From Marsupella aquatica (lineage: Eukaryota > Plantae > Marchantiophyta), in assembly GCA_973895155.1 (NCBI GenBank), contig OZ316895.1, positions 4,715,181 to 4,779,180 of the forward strand: a stretch of DNA of 64,000 bases. Direction: 5' to 3'. Shown one piece after another: positions 1-13,592 of the stretch. Position numbers and translations under genes: made by a program. Position 1 is the stretch's first letter, and every line of letters begins with the position of its first letter. Under the pieces are notes generated by a model, which had not been told where the DNA came from, ran no database searches, and was given only the letters and a program-made list of their open reading frames with translations.

Positions 1-983
1 ATTGTGAACTACTATTTAATGTGTGGGCAGCTTAATTGCCCACTTCAGCAAAACAGTGCTTGACGGGTTCCTCCACGGTATCGAAGGGATGCTGGATGCA
101 CTCAAGCTGCATCAAAAGTAATCACTTTCAATTCCGACACGTAGATAGACGAAGAGAGAGAAGTCATCGGTGTCATCAAATCAATAACTTTGCATAATCA
201 TTTAAGACAAAAAGTTGCATGGAAACAAATCTTCAATTGTGGAATTTGGAATAGATCGAAAGCTAGAGAAAGTTAGAAACTCATGACCATTTTAGTACTT
301 GATAAAATCTCTCAATGTTACACTCATTGGAAAGCTAAAGATCATTGGAAACTTATAATCTACTTAGAACTCAACTAAATCTATCAATGTTAAGTTCATT
401 AAAAAGCTAAAGAAATTCTAAAATTCATAATCTCCTTAGTACTCGATAAAATCTGTCAATTTTAGGTTCATTCTCATGGAAGGGGTAAACATTTCAGGGG
501 TTGTACAACAAAGATTTCTATTCATGTTAGAGACTATGAAATCATGAGTAAAATCTATTTTTCAAATTATTTACTCAATTCTTACCAAATGATGACAATG
601 TTGAGCTCATCAGGACCGTCTCTTCAAGATCTTTCTAACGCCATATTAAACGTGAGTTTTCATTACGATTTGATTTAGCAATGTCAAATCAAAAATTGTT
701 ATCGAGAAAATTTTATGTTTTGAATAAAATCAAAATGTAAATAAAACAGTTATTGGGAGAAGTTTTACCTCAATTTTTTTGTCTTTTGATTTGCATGTCA
801 GTTTTTTTTACATTCTTTTTTACAGCATGGCGTCCTAGTTTTTACAACAAACTTGCCACAAACATGAATGTAGAAGTTAATCTTATCCAAAAACAAGTCT
901 CTTCCTGTTTGCAGCATGCAATGATGATGTGGCGCGCTATGGAGCCAAGAATTTTGGAAATGACCCCTAATGGGGGTCCGTAA
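1..983. repeat. Dispersed ~1 kb repeat, copy 1 (truncated by the window edge)
   Basis: Collinear with 9306-10285 over the whole length, roughly 85-90% identical by eye. Both copies end sharply at GACCCCTAATGGGGGTCCGTAA. Confidence 0.9.
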
Positions 984-1129
984 ATATCAGCATTTCTTTC
1001 TCCAAATAAATTGTGGCCTATGGCTTCATTCTACTCCGTGGAGTAAGTCTTGAAAGGTGAAGTTAGATTGCAAATTTAGGCACTAAAATATACAATCCGA
1101 CTCTTTTTTCTAAAAATATATTTACAAAA

Positions 1130-1440
1130 TATCATTGTGATGGGAAGCGCCCCCTTGATATTTCCTTATGGATATATTTTTCTTAACCAGGGGATAGGAG
1201 TGAAGGTGTCATTGCGTCCATTTTTCACCCCAACGAATCACTCTCTCCACACAGTTTGCACACTCCTCGAAATCCATATATCAAACTGATTTGTAAGAGT
1301 GTCCAACATGTGTACCTCCCCATCTCTACGCATTTCAATTGCAGCAAACGAGGATAATTTTGATAATTTGAACCATAACGTTATAATTCATCTGATAATT
1401 ATATAAAAGTATTCTCCACATAGTATGGCATGGGGGCATG
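1130..1440 (-). pseudogene. Possible decayed hAT-type transposase fragment
   Basis: A stop-interrupted minus-strand translation NYPRLLQLKCVEMGGTHVGHSYKS..DFEECANCVERVI loosely resembles the region preceding the catalytic core of ZNF862-like hAT transposases. This is resemblance by eye only. Confidence 0.25.
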
Positions 1441-4400
1441 CATAGACCATCTGGGCTTTACTTTTGCACGTGGGGTGGGGGGCACGTTGCCCAACATCCC
1501 ATTCCAGAGGTCAGCCTGATCCCTCGCCACTAGGCCTCGATGCAATGGAACCTGATCGATTCCCCACCTGGGAGGAACATAGGGCACAGTATTCTATTCT
1601 ATCTCTCCCCACATCTCCTTTTTCCTGCCTCATAATGATGAGCAACTACTCCTGTACTACAGCAAAAGTACCCCTCAATGGAAGCGCCACTTTGGTGGTC
1701 CCCCTGGCCCCACTGGCCCTCCCTGGTCGCACGACTCCCCACTCAGATGTACGGTGACCTGTGTACCAATTAAGGAACACCGATTTCCTAAAAGAAATCA
1801 TCTGTTACCCCTATAGTGAAACAAATTCAAGCAAAAATAAAGTGTTTAAACCACAAAGCACCATATAGAGTATTCTAGATGATGTATTATTCATTTAATA
1901 TACAAGACAATCCCGTTATGAAACAGCATATTATATTTACGTGGATTCTTGAGTCACAATATCATCTCACTAGTTTACCACTGGTGATCTATGGTTGAAA
2001 ACGTTCCACACAAAACCCAGTCTAAACACAATTCACATTATTAAAGAGATCACAAGAAAACTCTTCTAGCAGACAAGGGTTATATGATGAGAAGCCACAG
2101 GGAAAGCTTGCAGGGTAGGTTCATCTTTCCACTTAAACCACAACTGCCCCTTCAAAGCTTTGGATTACACGTAAGATCCTAACTTTGCTGCTAATAATTT
2201 ATCCCCAATTTCACCAGTGAAACAGATTGACACCTTAGAGAAATGAAGTGAGTTGAATGTGAAAAAAAGGAGAAATCTTGGACACTTCACTCTTATATAC
2301 GGGCACTTGCAGTTTAAGCACTGGCCTCGGGAAATGAACAGTGTCTGGTTAGTGGCAGGGCCTCTTTCATAGTAACGGTTGTGCTTTAAAGCAAAGACAC
2401 TAAGCATATATAACCCCTGGGTGATCACTAGCAAGACAGTTCCTGGTGTGTTTGAAATTCACACTTAAACCAACATTTCATAGCAACTTTCATCCGCTCA
2501 CTAGTTGACATGATTCTCCTGTTGTTCATGTTTGACATGGCTAAATAGTGACAATAGCACCCATCTTTCTGGGGATAACAAAGTGTTTCTAAAACAAAAT
2601 CAATTCACTGGTTAGCATCCACACGTAGACAACTATCCCTTGTAACTGACCTGGTCATCCTGGCCCTCCCTTTTTTGGCTGTGACATTGTCTGAGTTTTC
2701 TTGATTGGTTTGGGTTTTATCTTGGGGGGGTCACTTCCACGGAAGTGGCACATCACGTGCGACGAAGTATAGGGCCATTTAAATGGGTGTGACGGAAGAC
2801 TTCCAAAGTTTGGTGGAAGAACACATAGGGCATGTTTTATTGACTGGTCAACTTTAAAGAACACATAGGCCTATTTAATTACAAAAAATACTTTCTTTAA
2901 AGTTTTTAGGGGTTTTTTAATAAAAAAAATGACAAATTTTAAAGAAAGAAAGGGCTTTGCAAAAAAATATTTTTCACTTATAAGGTAGGGGGGTCAAACC
3001 TTAAAACATGGCACGCCATGTATGGCACTCCATATAGTGACCCCACCCCCCAGGGTTTTATGGCTGGCCCCCACTGGTTCTCCTCTAATCCTAAACCCAC
3101 ATTGAATCTTTATGAACCCATACTCCATTTTAGGCAGAAACTTCAGAACCAAATAAAAGGGGAGAAAAATATGCATGTAAAGGAACCTACCACCTACCCT
3201 ATCCTCATCAAATTAGTTTGAGTACTCCTTGGTTAGAGCACATGAAGAATTGCATATTGGAATAAGTTTGAATATGGAGACCACTCAGAGGAAAAAAAGA
3301 GGAGATTATTCATGGTAGTAGTCCGTGCACAGATTACCTTAATTAGTCTCACACATTGTTTTTCAGAACAAAGGTTTTTGAAAGATGACAAGAAAGATGT
3401 CACCATAATTAATAGTATTAGACTATATAAGAAATGAGAGTAAATACATGTTATTTTAAATTAAAGTAAGGGAAATTATTTTTTGTGACATGCAAATAGT
3501 GTGATAAACACATAATTAACATGTTTAGCTGATGAAAAGTACTTTTCCAGTACTAAGATATATTTCCAAGTGCATATAACATTAAAAATGAATGTCAATT
3601 GACATTCATCCTTTATGAAAATATGATGAAGTGTAAATCTATAACTATAATAAAAGATCCCATATTTTTTATTCCTTGGTCCTAATATAAAAAAAATTCC
3701 AGTATGGGAAACATTCACATCCATTGGATTCATTTGATTGTTTTCCTAATCATTGGTGGAACAAATGGACATCTCTGGCGTATATATGCTTCCATATGCT
3801 ACCACATAAATGCCCTGGCCCAACTCCCTATGCACAGGCTTTCCTTGCACCATGCAAGCACGGACATAGGGCTCATCTAGTTATAAATACTATCAAATTC
3901 AAACTAAAATGAATGACGAGTGACTAATATCAGTACTCGTAGTATTATAATATTATTTATATTTTCTTGAGGTATATAGTGACACCCTTATTTTTGTGTG
4001 TGAGATTATTTATGTGAGACGACTAAATGAGTTATGGCACTAACCAGCCTAGTAAAGGTGATTTTGAATCCCTAATCACACTATAACTCTTAGATTATCA
4101 AAACCATTTTTTACACATGGTTGAAAGTGCTAAGAAAAGTAAGTGATCTTGAGTCCAACATAGCACTAATTCTCGTGATTTTTCAAAATATTTTTTCACA
4201 ATTTTATTCTCGATACTCTGGGCCAAGATTTAATTAAAAAAACACTTTTCCCAAAACTAGTGTTTACAAGACTAGAGTGATAGTTCTTATCTAACAGTAG
4301 TCACTATGAACAATTTACTGTGGGGAAATGAACAGCGACTAGTCTAGTTAAAGCCTCCTTTCAAGATAATTTTAAAGTGGCAGCTTTGGTTTACAGGGCA

Positions 4401-5257
4401 GGTGGAACTGCCACCACCCACACTTCAAATGACTGGAGCATTTTTTTAATCCCGTATGGAATGAAACATTAAGATTTGGCCCACGTTTCCACGGTCGTAC
4501 AGAAGTCAGTAAACACCATCGATTACTCATGCTCGCTAGATTCCGTCCTTAAGCATCGGACACGTGTGGGTTTAGTATTGTACAATCATGTACGGTCAGG
4601 TACTAAGCATTCGGTCAGCCAAGAGTAAGAGTATTTATTATTCAGTGGTTTTATTCCCTGCCCTGCCCCCGAGAGGAGTCAGACGCGGGTAGCAATATGC
4701 AGATCGGGCAGGGCAGGGAGTCAGGGACTTATGGTCTTATGGATGTATTTTTTTTACTTTGACACCGGTGTGAATCGTCGTCTTTCCACTAACCATTACT
4801 TTTGTCCTCTTTCCTTGTTTTTTGGGGTCTTTTGGGGGACTCTGGAAGATCTCTTGAATGCCCCATACGGACGGTACTGGGTCCGTATCGAGGGCCCACA
4901 TCCGCTCGTACAGCGAGCTGCGCCTCATCACCGTTGAATGGAGGCTGCCCAATTTTCTCGATTGAGCCGTTGTTGAACTAGTATTTGATGGCGTCATCAG
5001 GGGATCCCAAAACATAGATAAGAGGGGGGGTTGTCCCCCACTCTAGACACAAAGGGAAATTCTAGAATCATAAAGGTAAAGGCCTTTGTGGTCCCTTCTG
5101 GATCGTGTCCCCCCAATACGGCAGAAATTCCCAATGTTGTCCTATTTAGTACGGAGAATTAACATGTGTCCCAAATATGCCAGCTTAGAAATTCGTTCGA
5201 TTTTGGACAGACCAACACTGACTTCATCATTTCAAATTAGAGGAAATATAAGATAAC

Positions 5258-7245
5258 TCATTTTCTCAAGGGGGAGAATGAGGTGGAGCACAATTTTTGA
5301 GGCTTTTTTTGCCAAGCCATGTAATGCTATAAGGTTCTTTTAGCCAAGCCATGTAATGTTATGGAGAACATGCTGGGACTATTCTTTTTCTAATTTAGTA
5401 GATTCAGGCTAGTGGGGTCTCGATGGGGCTAAGTGGGAGATTGGCTACGGGAAGACAAGAAAGCTAATGAATTTCCTCTAGAAGTAAACTTGACCTTTTC
5501 AGAGAGGTGGCATCTAGCAAATGTTTTCCACTAGAAAAAAACTCTGGTTACATTACATGGTTTCCAAGGGGATGGGTAACTGAATCTAACTTAGCGTTTT
5601 CTCTAGAATCTATGGGCAAGTAGTACCAACAAAACCACCCTTGTTGAGCCCATGGGTGAATAGAAATAAAGTCTCTTCCACAAATCAACCCTCCAGATGG
5701 TGAGATAGAGATATCTAGAATATTCAAGATATTCTTCTCCATTATATATTTGTGGAAGATGCCTAGGAAAATTTGTCAGCAATAAGGTAACTTTTCATAG
5801 AAAAAATATCAAAGAATTGCGGGAATTATGTAGCAGGTACCCAACAATGTTCCAAGTACACTGTATTAGAAAGAAATCAGATCAGGTTTCTAGTAGGGTG
5901 TGCTAGAAATAAAGTCAAGAAGAATTCTAAGTAAGCTAGCTTCTCAGAAAAACCTTGTATACAACATACAAACATGAAGGGAGGTCAGATTTTCCAGTTC
6001 AGAGTTTAAATCACTAAGCCTCTTGCTTGTACTACTTCAGTTTATCATTCCAGTGAAACATTTCATGATTATTGACCAACTGAAATCCTCAAGGGTTGGA
6101 TCTACCACATAGAAATACATATGTTATATTCTCTTATAAAGCAAGGGCAAGTTTGTGCAGCCCTTTTTAATGGACACAACATCGATCAACCTGACTCAGA
6201 ACGTGAGAAAGATCATGAGCAACAAGAGATACCACCGTTTTGGAGTTGATTTTGTTTTGACAATTTCAAGCAATGGATTCCTTGACCGAGCTCATAAGAA
6301 ATGCACACAATGATGTGTTTGAATGTAGTGTTTAATGTCATTGGTTTTATTCAAAATTCTTAACTTTATACCAGACTTAGTCAACTTGCCATAGTCAATT
6401 TCAAGTATTCACATTTTAATTTTATTTTTTTGAAAAAAGGGGGCCAGCCACGTCAATTATCACCGAGGAAAAAATAACAGAGCAAAAGACGCTGGGGGAG
6501 AAGAGAGCCCCTAACCCCCCCCCCCCCCCCCAGCCACCTGCGCCAGCGGCCTCCGAGAACAGATGAGCCGTGCCACAAGCCCAACAAGTACTTAGTCAAC
6601 TTGCCATAGTCAATTTCAAGTATTCACATAGATGTATGAATGAGACACTTAGTAATGAAAACCTTGAATGAGCTCAAGGTTTAACCTCCTCTCTACATAT
6701 GTGTAGTGCTACATATACAAAGCTTCTCCAAGAAGCTAGTCTACTTAGGAACCTTTTTTAGTTCCTTTCTAGCTCACTTTGCTAGAGATCTTCTTTAGTT
6801 TCTTCATAGCATAGCTCTATTTTGAACCTTCTTGGGTTCCTCCTAGTACACAATTTGGGCATATTCTTTTCACTATTGTTGTACAAAAGCTACCTACTAA
6901 TATGAAATCTCTAGGGGATTTCCAAGAATATTCCAAAATTCTAGATTCTAGGTATTTCATGGAAGCCTATAGATTATTCCAAGTTATCACATAGCAACAA
7001 TTATGGTATAATTGCTATTGGGGAACCCAAGTGTGGGAGATTCCAAAAAGCACTTAAAAGTTTTCCGAAAGGTTGTTGTCTTCCCATAGCCAATCTCCCA
7101 CTTAGCCCCATCGAGACCCCACTAGCCTGAATCTACTAAATTAAAAAAAGAATAGTCCCAGCATGTTCTCCATAACATTACATGGCTTGGCAAAAAAACA
7201 CCTCAAAAATTGTGCTCCACCTCATTCTCCCCCTTGAGAAAATGA
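5258..7245. mobile_element. ~2 kb inverted-repeat structure (foldback/MULE-like, or two head-to-head LTR fragments)
   Basis: 5258-5458 is a near-perfect reverse complement of 7076-7245, apart from a ~32-bp tandem duplication in the left arm. Weaker inverted similarity continues between ~5760-5970 and ~6710-6920. Confidence 0.8.
6375..6629 (-). mobile_element. 5'-truncated retroposed insertion (175 bp) flanked by a perfect 40-bp direct repeat
   Basis: ACTTAGTCAACTTGCCATAGTCAATTTCAAGTATTCACAT occurs at 6375-6414 and 6590-6629. The insert 6415-6589 begins with a T-rich run (an A-rich tail on the minus strand) and is otherwise GC-rich. Confidence 0.75.
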
Positions 7246-8289
7246 CAAGAATTTTCCAGATTAGGTAAAAGATGTTATCTCTAATCATCCATGGAGTCCA
7301 TTCTTTTATTTCTAAATCACAGCGTTTCATTTGATGATTATCACATATCCAAATTTAAAGAACAGCATTGAAATATCTGGCTCGTGGTAGGCCAATGAGG
7401 CTACAAAGTTCTTCTGTAGGCTCCCTGGGCTTCACTTCTGTGCTAGGGTACCATCTTCCACAAAACATAATAGATTTTCTAATGAATTGGAGGAAGACAT
7501 CAAAATGTGAGGTGCCAACAAGAGAGTCCCCTTGGACTTGCCCACCTTTGTTCTGCCAGCATGAGGGCCACCCTTGAAGCGCCATTGGCTGACATTTTGT
7601 CCCACCGAAAAGGGGATATGAGGGCAACTCTCATCTGCCATGTTTGAGAGTTGAGGAGTATGAGCCACGATGTCTCATGAATTTGTACTATAAGGTCCTT
7701 TTCAATTCTAAATTCTGATGCGCCTTCATTTTCAATGAGTTTCCTAACTTCCATTTTCACATTAGCTCTACAGTAGTTAGCCTGCCGTGAACACCAAGGA
7801 ATTTTACTCCAAAAGTGAGTTAATAGCTTTGAATTGCTGCAAGGTTTGTTTACATATGGCACCCAACATTGGAAACTCAGCTGATTACTTTGTGTTTCTC
7901 CCTTTTGAACCAATGGCCATCGTTGAAATAGTTTCCTTTAGTAGCTTGTCACAACCTCCATGTTCTGGATATAATTATGTGGATGTTAATGTCGCCATTT
8001 GATGTCTCCAAAGTTGGGCATGCCCTCGTGATTCAAGGCAGATGGTCGTCACAGATACCACTCTCATCCTATAGTTATGTAAGGTTTGGTTCTTTGTTGG
8101 CTCCGAGGGGATGCTGAAAATTTTCTTAAACTTATTAGGGTCACCTCCAGTGGCACAAGACTGGCCCCACCTTGAGTGTATCTGAGTCACCTATTCTCCT
8201 CAGCTATATATATCACTGCAAAAGAACAAGAAGTGCCTTACTTGGAGACAGGATCCCAAACTAAGGCCAAAAATCCAATAAAGGGGGAA

Positions 8290-8440
8290 AAACAAAAGAA
8301 ATACCGGGAAAACCAAAGAGCCAAAAAAGCCCAAGGGCCACAAACCCAGTCTGAACAACAAAAGAAACACCGGAAAAACCAAAGAGCCAAAAGGCCCAAG
8401 GGCCACAATGCCCTAAAGTCCGAACAACAAAAGAACAATA
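8290..8440. repeat. Short tandem duplication (~65 bp unit, ~2.3 copies)
   Basis: AACAAAAGAAAYACCGGRAAAACCAAAGAGCCAAAA...CCCAAGGGCCACAA is repeated. Confidence 0.7.
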
Positions 8441-9305
8441 TAATCCCTACTTAGCCACAAAGTGAAAAGTCTGGTATTTCGAGCTCCAGGGATACATAGG
8501 AGAATTGAGTTTATGTTCACTCCTGAACATTGCTAATTGTTGAAGTCCCTATCAACCCAATTCAACACAAAGCACATTCTTCGCAGATCGTGGCAGGCCA
8601 AAATTCCTCATTTTCATTTTAGACTCAGAACTAACTTTGTGATCAGGAAATAGGATTGTGAATGGGCTTGCTCATGTCAAATACAACAAGGGGATATTTT
8701 AGTTTAGACAGCTTCCTGCATGTGAAGATGTCAAAAAAAATGTAGTATGTTAATTGAGGGGGTGGGGGGTGGGGGGGGTTTACTTTCTTGGAAGTGACCC
8801 ATCAAGTGCCATAAAGTATAGGATGTTTAATACCATTTGAGTTAAAGGGACTTAGTGGAAGGATATGGGGTTTAAATGCAAGAAAATCATTTCTCATCAT
8901 ATGATTGGCATTGTATAACTTTATTTGAAATTTATTACAAAGTTCATAAATAATAAAAACCATTGCACCTGATGTATTGACCTCCATATAGCAATCCCCA
9001 GGTTAAAGTCTCAAAATTCTGTATTGGAAACTCAAAACTGAGATTAGCCATGTAGACACAATTGGCCTGACTCGTAGTTGAGAAACCTTCCTTATACTTA
9101 TTACATGAAGGAATGATTAAAATTAATCCGTGGACCCCCATGTTACTTTAGAGGCAGTTATATATCTAGAAACTGAAGCCTGGATGGACCTCCAAATCTA
9201 AAGGAAAAAAAACTCAAAAGTGGACAAGTCAATGTTTGACACTTGAAATAGTTGCCAAACTTATCATGACAACCATAATTAACATCAATCTCAAAACCAG
9301 CTGCA

Positions 9306-10285
9306 ATGTGAACTACTGTTTATTGTGTGGGTAGCTTAATTGTCCACTTCAGCAAAACTGTGCTCGATGGTTTCCTCCATGGTACCGAAGGGATGCTAGA
9401 TGCACTCAAGTTGCATTGAAAGTAATCACTTTTCAATTCCTACACCCAGAGAGACGAAGAGAGAGAAGTCATCGGTGTCATCAAATCACTAACTTTGCAT
9501 AATCGTTTAAGACAAAAACTTTCATGGAAACAAATTTCCAATTGTGGAATTCAGAATCGACCAAAAGCTAGAGAAATTTAGAAATTCATGATCACTTTAG
9601 TACTTCATAAAATCTCTCAATGTTATACTCATTGGAAAGCTAGAGAACTTTGGAAACTTATAATCTCATCATATAACTCAACTAAATTTATCAATGTTAA
9701 GTTCATTAAAAAGCTAAAGAAATTCTAAAATTCATAATCTCTTTAGTATTGGATAAAATCTGTCAATAGTAAGTTCATTCTCATGGAAGGGGTCAACATT
9801 TCAGGGGTTGTACAACAAAGATTTCTATTCACGTTAGAGATTATGAAATCACGGGTAAAATCTAATTTTCAGATTTCTTACTCAATACCAAATGATGACA
9901 ATGCTGAGCTCATCAGGACAGTCTCTTCAAGATCTTTCTAACACCATATTATATGTGAGATTTCATTATGATTTGACTCAGCTATGTCAAATTGAAAATT
10001 GGTACCGGGAAAATTTTATGTTTTGAATAAAATCAAAATGTAAATAAAACCTTTAATGATAGCAGTTTTACCTCAATCTTTTTGTCTTTTGATCTGCATG
10101 TCAATTTTTTTACATTCTTTTTTATGGCATGGCGTCCCAATTTTTACAGCAAACTTGTCACAAACACGAATGCAAATGTTAATTTTATTCAAAAACAAGT
10201 CTCTTCCTGTTTGTAGCGTGCCATGATGATGTGATGCGCTGTGGAGCCAGGAAGTTTGCAAGGGACCCCTAATGGGGGTCCGTAA
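9306..10285. repeat. Dispersed ~1 kb repeat, copy 2 (may extend further left)
   Basis: Direct-orientation copy of 1-983 with the same terminal GC hairpin followed by GTAA. Confidence 0.9.
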
Positions 10286-12065
10286 TCAATGCCCATAGGT
10301 CTCCAACTCCCCAGAATATTGTTATGGTGATGGTTGCTGAACAAAGTTGTTGTCATCAGAAGACTAGTATTAATGGCACTTTGGCCCTAATAAAATAAGA
10401 CCTGGAACCTTCAATATGTTGTTCCTGGAATCTACACTCTTGGAGCAAATGCAAACAATTGGATGCAAATTTACTCATTTATAGAAGTTAAGAGAGATGA
10501 TGTTCCACTGTCCCTTCCAGTGTCAATCAGCCTGGAACCAAGCACCCCTAGTGTCTCTACCAACCCATCTGGAGGTTTTTCCGTTTGTCCCATGTGGAGA
10601 ATGTCACCTAGTGTGAAGTAGAAGATTCTGAATACTCCTTATATAATTTTCTTAGATTAATTTTTGAACATTAGATCTCTTTAGAGTTAAGGAGAACCGT
10701 CTGGTAAATGGGGTGTGTGGCTAGGTGGGAAAGTAATAAAAATAACACTTGGTATGTCTTTGTCAAAAGTGGCTAATACTTTCCTTTTCTTCTGAGAACA
10801 GGGTACCAGCATACCCACATGCATTTGGAGTGGCCAAGGTGTGGAGCTGGGTAGAAAAGGGATGGAAAACCCAAAACATTTTAAGCAAAGCAAATTTGGC
10901 AAAGTTCTGCTCTTAAGAAACACACTCCCTTCCTTCTTTTTGGTCACCGTGTTCCAGCGCATGTCAAGGCACCCAAGAGGCTTCCTTGCCTCCTGCAGAA
11001 GGAAAACAAGAGGCAAGAAAGAAAGTTTTTGGGTTGCACTCACGTGTCTCAAAGTACTCCTTCCCCAGTGATCTTTCGTGCTCATAATGCTATGGGTTGG
11101 GTCATGTGATTTTGTGGCACTAAATCATACAGTCAGGGCACTAGTGTCCAAAAACTGGTTTGCACAAATGTGTTGGTGCCCTACTTATGTGTAGTCAACC
11201 CATGGGCGGGTGTTAGGACCTGTCTCAAACTGAAAACCCCCTATGTTAGTTTTCCTGGCAGATGTTGTGACCTGTAGTGATGGTATAATAGGGCATCTCA
11301 AAGCTGCCTTTCCCCAGTTTTTTAGATCCAACTGCTGCAAAATGTATTTGCCCCACTGAAATAGTATTTGCCAATGTTTATTGGTCAACTTTCCCACCTA
11401 GCCACAATTTTGTGTGAATCTGATGGTTCTCTTTAAAATCTAGGGAGATCCAATGGTCAGAAATTATGTACAAAAATTATAGAAAGATTTTTTTTTAGAA
11501 TCCTTTATTTCATGCCCTGTGAATTAGCCTCTTGGTGATATTGAAAATTTGAGTTGTAAGGCCAACAGGGTGGTTGAACATAGGGTTATAGGGGCTGGGT
11601 TCAGGGAATGTGCTTGAGTTGGAGGGGGCTGGGAAGCCCCACCGGGTCCATTTCAAACGAAAGGGCGTTGTCTCTCACTTTGGAGGGGCCCAGGAAGCCT
11701 GTTACTCCAATTTTTTTTTTTTCCAGAAGAACTTTTTAAAGTTATTTTGACACCAATGTAAACAAAAAAAGGGTGCTGTCAGTCTCAGCAAGGCTACACT
11801 ATCAGTGTATTTACATGAAGATATCAAGCACCTTCTTACATTTCAGATCACAAAATTCTTCTAAGTTTCATATAGTTACATTTTTCTAGTGCTTGACTAT
11901 TTAAACTTATTGAAATTGAAGTTTCATAAGCAGTTAGCGTATTTTGTGGATAAATACAATTGTTTTAATTATTGTTTCTTGGGCAAACAGGAAAATGAAA
12001 TCAGGATAGATATCTAGGGTTGTCAAAATGCTCCCATGAATTTTTGCAACTTAGATGGATTCTAT

Positions 12066-12269
12066 TGTACTCCCAATGTGACAAGGAATATTCTTAATTA
12101 ATCTAGCCAATTGTATGGTTTCTGTCACGATCCCATGTACTCACAATGTGGCAGGGAATATTCTTAATTAATCTATCCAATTGTATGGTTTCTGTCATGA
12201 TCCCATGTACTCACAATGTGGCAGGGAATATTGTTAGTAGACTATCCCAATTGTATGGTTTCTGTCATG
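12066..12269. repeat. Minisatellite, 70-bp unit x ~3
   Basis: TGTACTC(A/C)CAATGTG...CCAATTGTATGGTTTCTGTCA starts at 12066, 12136 and 12206. Confidence 0.9.
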
Positions 12270-12900
12270 GGAGCATCATTTTCAGGACACCAAGGTATAC
12301 TTAAAAAACGGTGTTGTAATCAGATCTACTCGTTCCAGTAACAAACTCACGAACTGTTGAAGATGCTCAATAAGGTACAAACATTTAAGAATGTGTAAAG
12401 AGCGACGTTTAATCAAGTCAAGTCTAGCATCACCGTAGTTGGTATGATTCTCGAGCACTGCACATCATTCTCCTTGTAATTATTAGGTATGGACAACTAA
12501 TATTTCAGAGGATGCTGAACTCGCGGAAGTCTGAGTGTCAGTGGGTCTGTGATTCTACAATGAGTTGGTTGTTGGTGACCAAATATGAGGGATAAATATT
12601 TTGTCTATTTTAGCCGCTCTCCAGATTCCTCCACCACAGCTCGTGGATGCTTCATAAGTGTGCCATGGGGCAGGCATGCAACGCTCCGGACCGGGCAGCT
12701 CTCACTTTCCATCATCGCTCTGCCGTAGAATGATGTCGTGCGAACGGGGGCTGACATTGTCTCCCGCCATGGCCTGCGCCCTCTTGCCCCCTGCCCGAGT
12801 GCCCAGTCCATCCTTACAGTGGAATTGAATGAATTTGGGCCCTGCCCTGCCCTGCCCGTCAAGTCGGTCAGGACTAAGGACTTCTTTTCGTTTGAGGCCC

Positions 12901-13050
12901 TTCGTGATTTTTTTTTATTTCAGGGCAATCTGAAACAAAAACAGGAAAATATATATGTGGAAGAAGAATGCACACCTTCGTGATTTTTCATTTCAGGGCA
13001 ATCTGGAAAAGAAAACAGGAAAATATATATCTGGAAGAAGTATGCAGACT
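12901..13050. repeat. Tandem duplication, ~76-bp unit x2
   Basis: TTCGTGATTTTT..ATTTCAGGGCAATCTG..AAAACAGGAAAATATATAT.TGGAAGAAG occurs twice. Confidence 0.8.
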
Positions 13051-13404
13051 GAGATTATAGAAATCTTACTAAACATAAATAAAAATATCTTAGACCTGGG
13101 TGTATCACATGTTTCCCTAGGATAATGGGCAATCATTCCCAATCAAAAGTTCATTTGAATTATCATCTTTTCTAGTATTGCATTCCACAATGCCCTCTGA
13201 AACAGTACATTACTGTATCTAGAGCAACCGTGGTATCAACTTCTGAAATTTGAAAATAAAATTTTATGTGTCACCTGAAACTTGTTTTTCCCCATGTTTC
13301 ACTCAAACAGAGTCAAAACATGTGTGTAGTATAGTTTCTTGTTAAAAAAATAAAAACATGTGTGTAGTATAGTTCTGTTCGCAGAGTGCATTGTGGGCCA
13401 TAAT

Positions 13405-13592
13405 ACTCGAAAAACTAAAGATTCAGCTTGAGTTTTGCGAATAAGGTCACTGCCCCCGAAAAACCATAGATTCAGCTTGAGTTTTGAGAGTATGGTCACT
13501 ACCCGGAAAACGAGACATTCAGCTTGAGTTTTGAGAGTATGGTCACTGCCCGAAAAACGAGAGATTCAGCTTGAGTTTTGAGAGTCTGGTCA
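13405..13592. repeat. Minisatellite, ~48-bp unit x4
   Basis: ATTCAGCTTGAGTTTTG.GA..ATGGTCACT.CCC.GAAAA occurs four times in tandem. Confidence 0.9.

Noticed and set aside
7260-11400. Possible TE protein relics at 7260-8200 and 10300-11400 (also 61700-62400)
   Set aside because: The translations look vaguely coding but I could not identify any diagnostic motif. BLASTX would be needed.
12066-13592. Short periodic repeats as a possible CRISPR array
   Set aside because: The units are contiguous tandem copies without unique spacers, no cas genes are present, and the DNA is eukaryotic (spliceosomal introns, Copia element).
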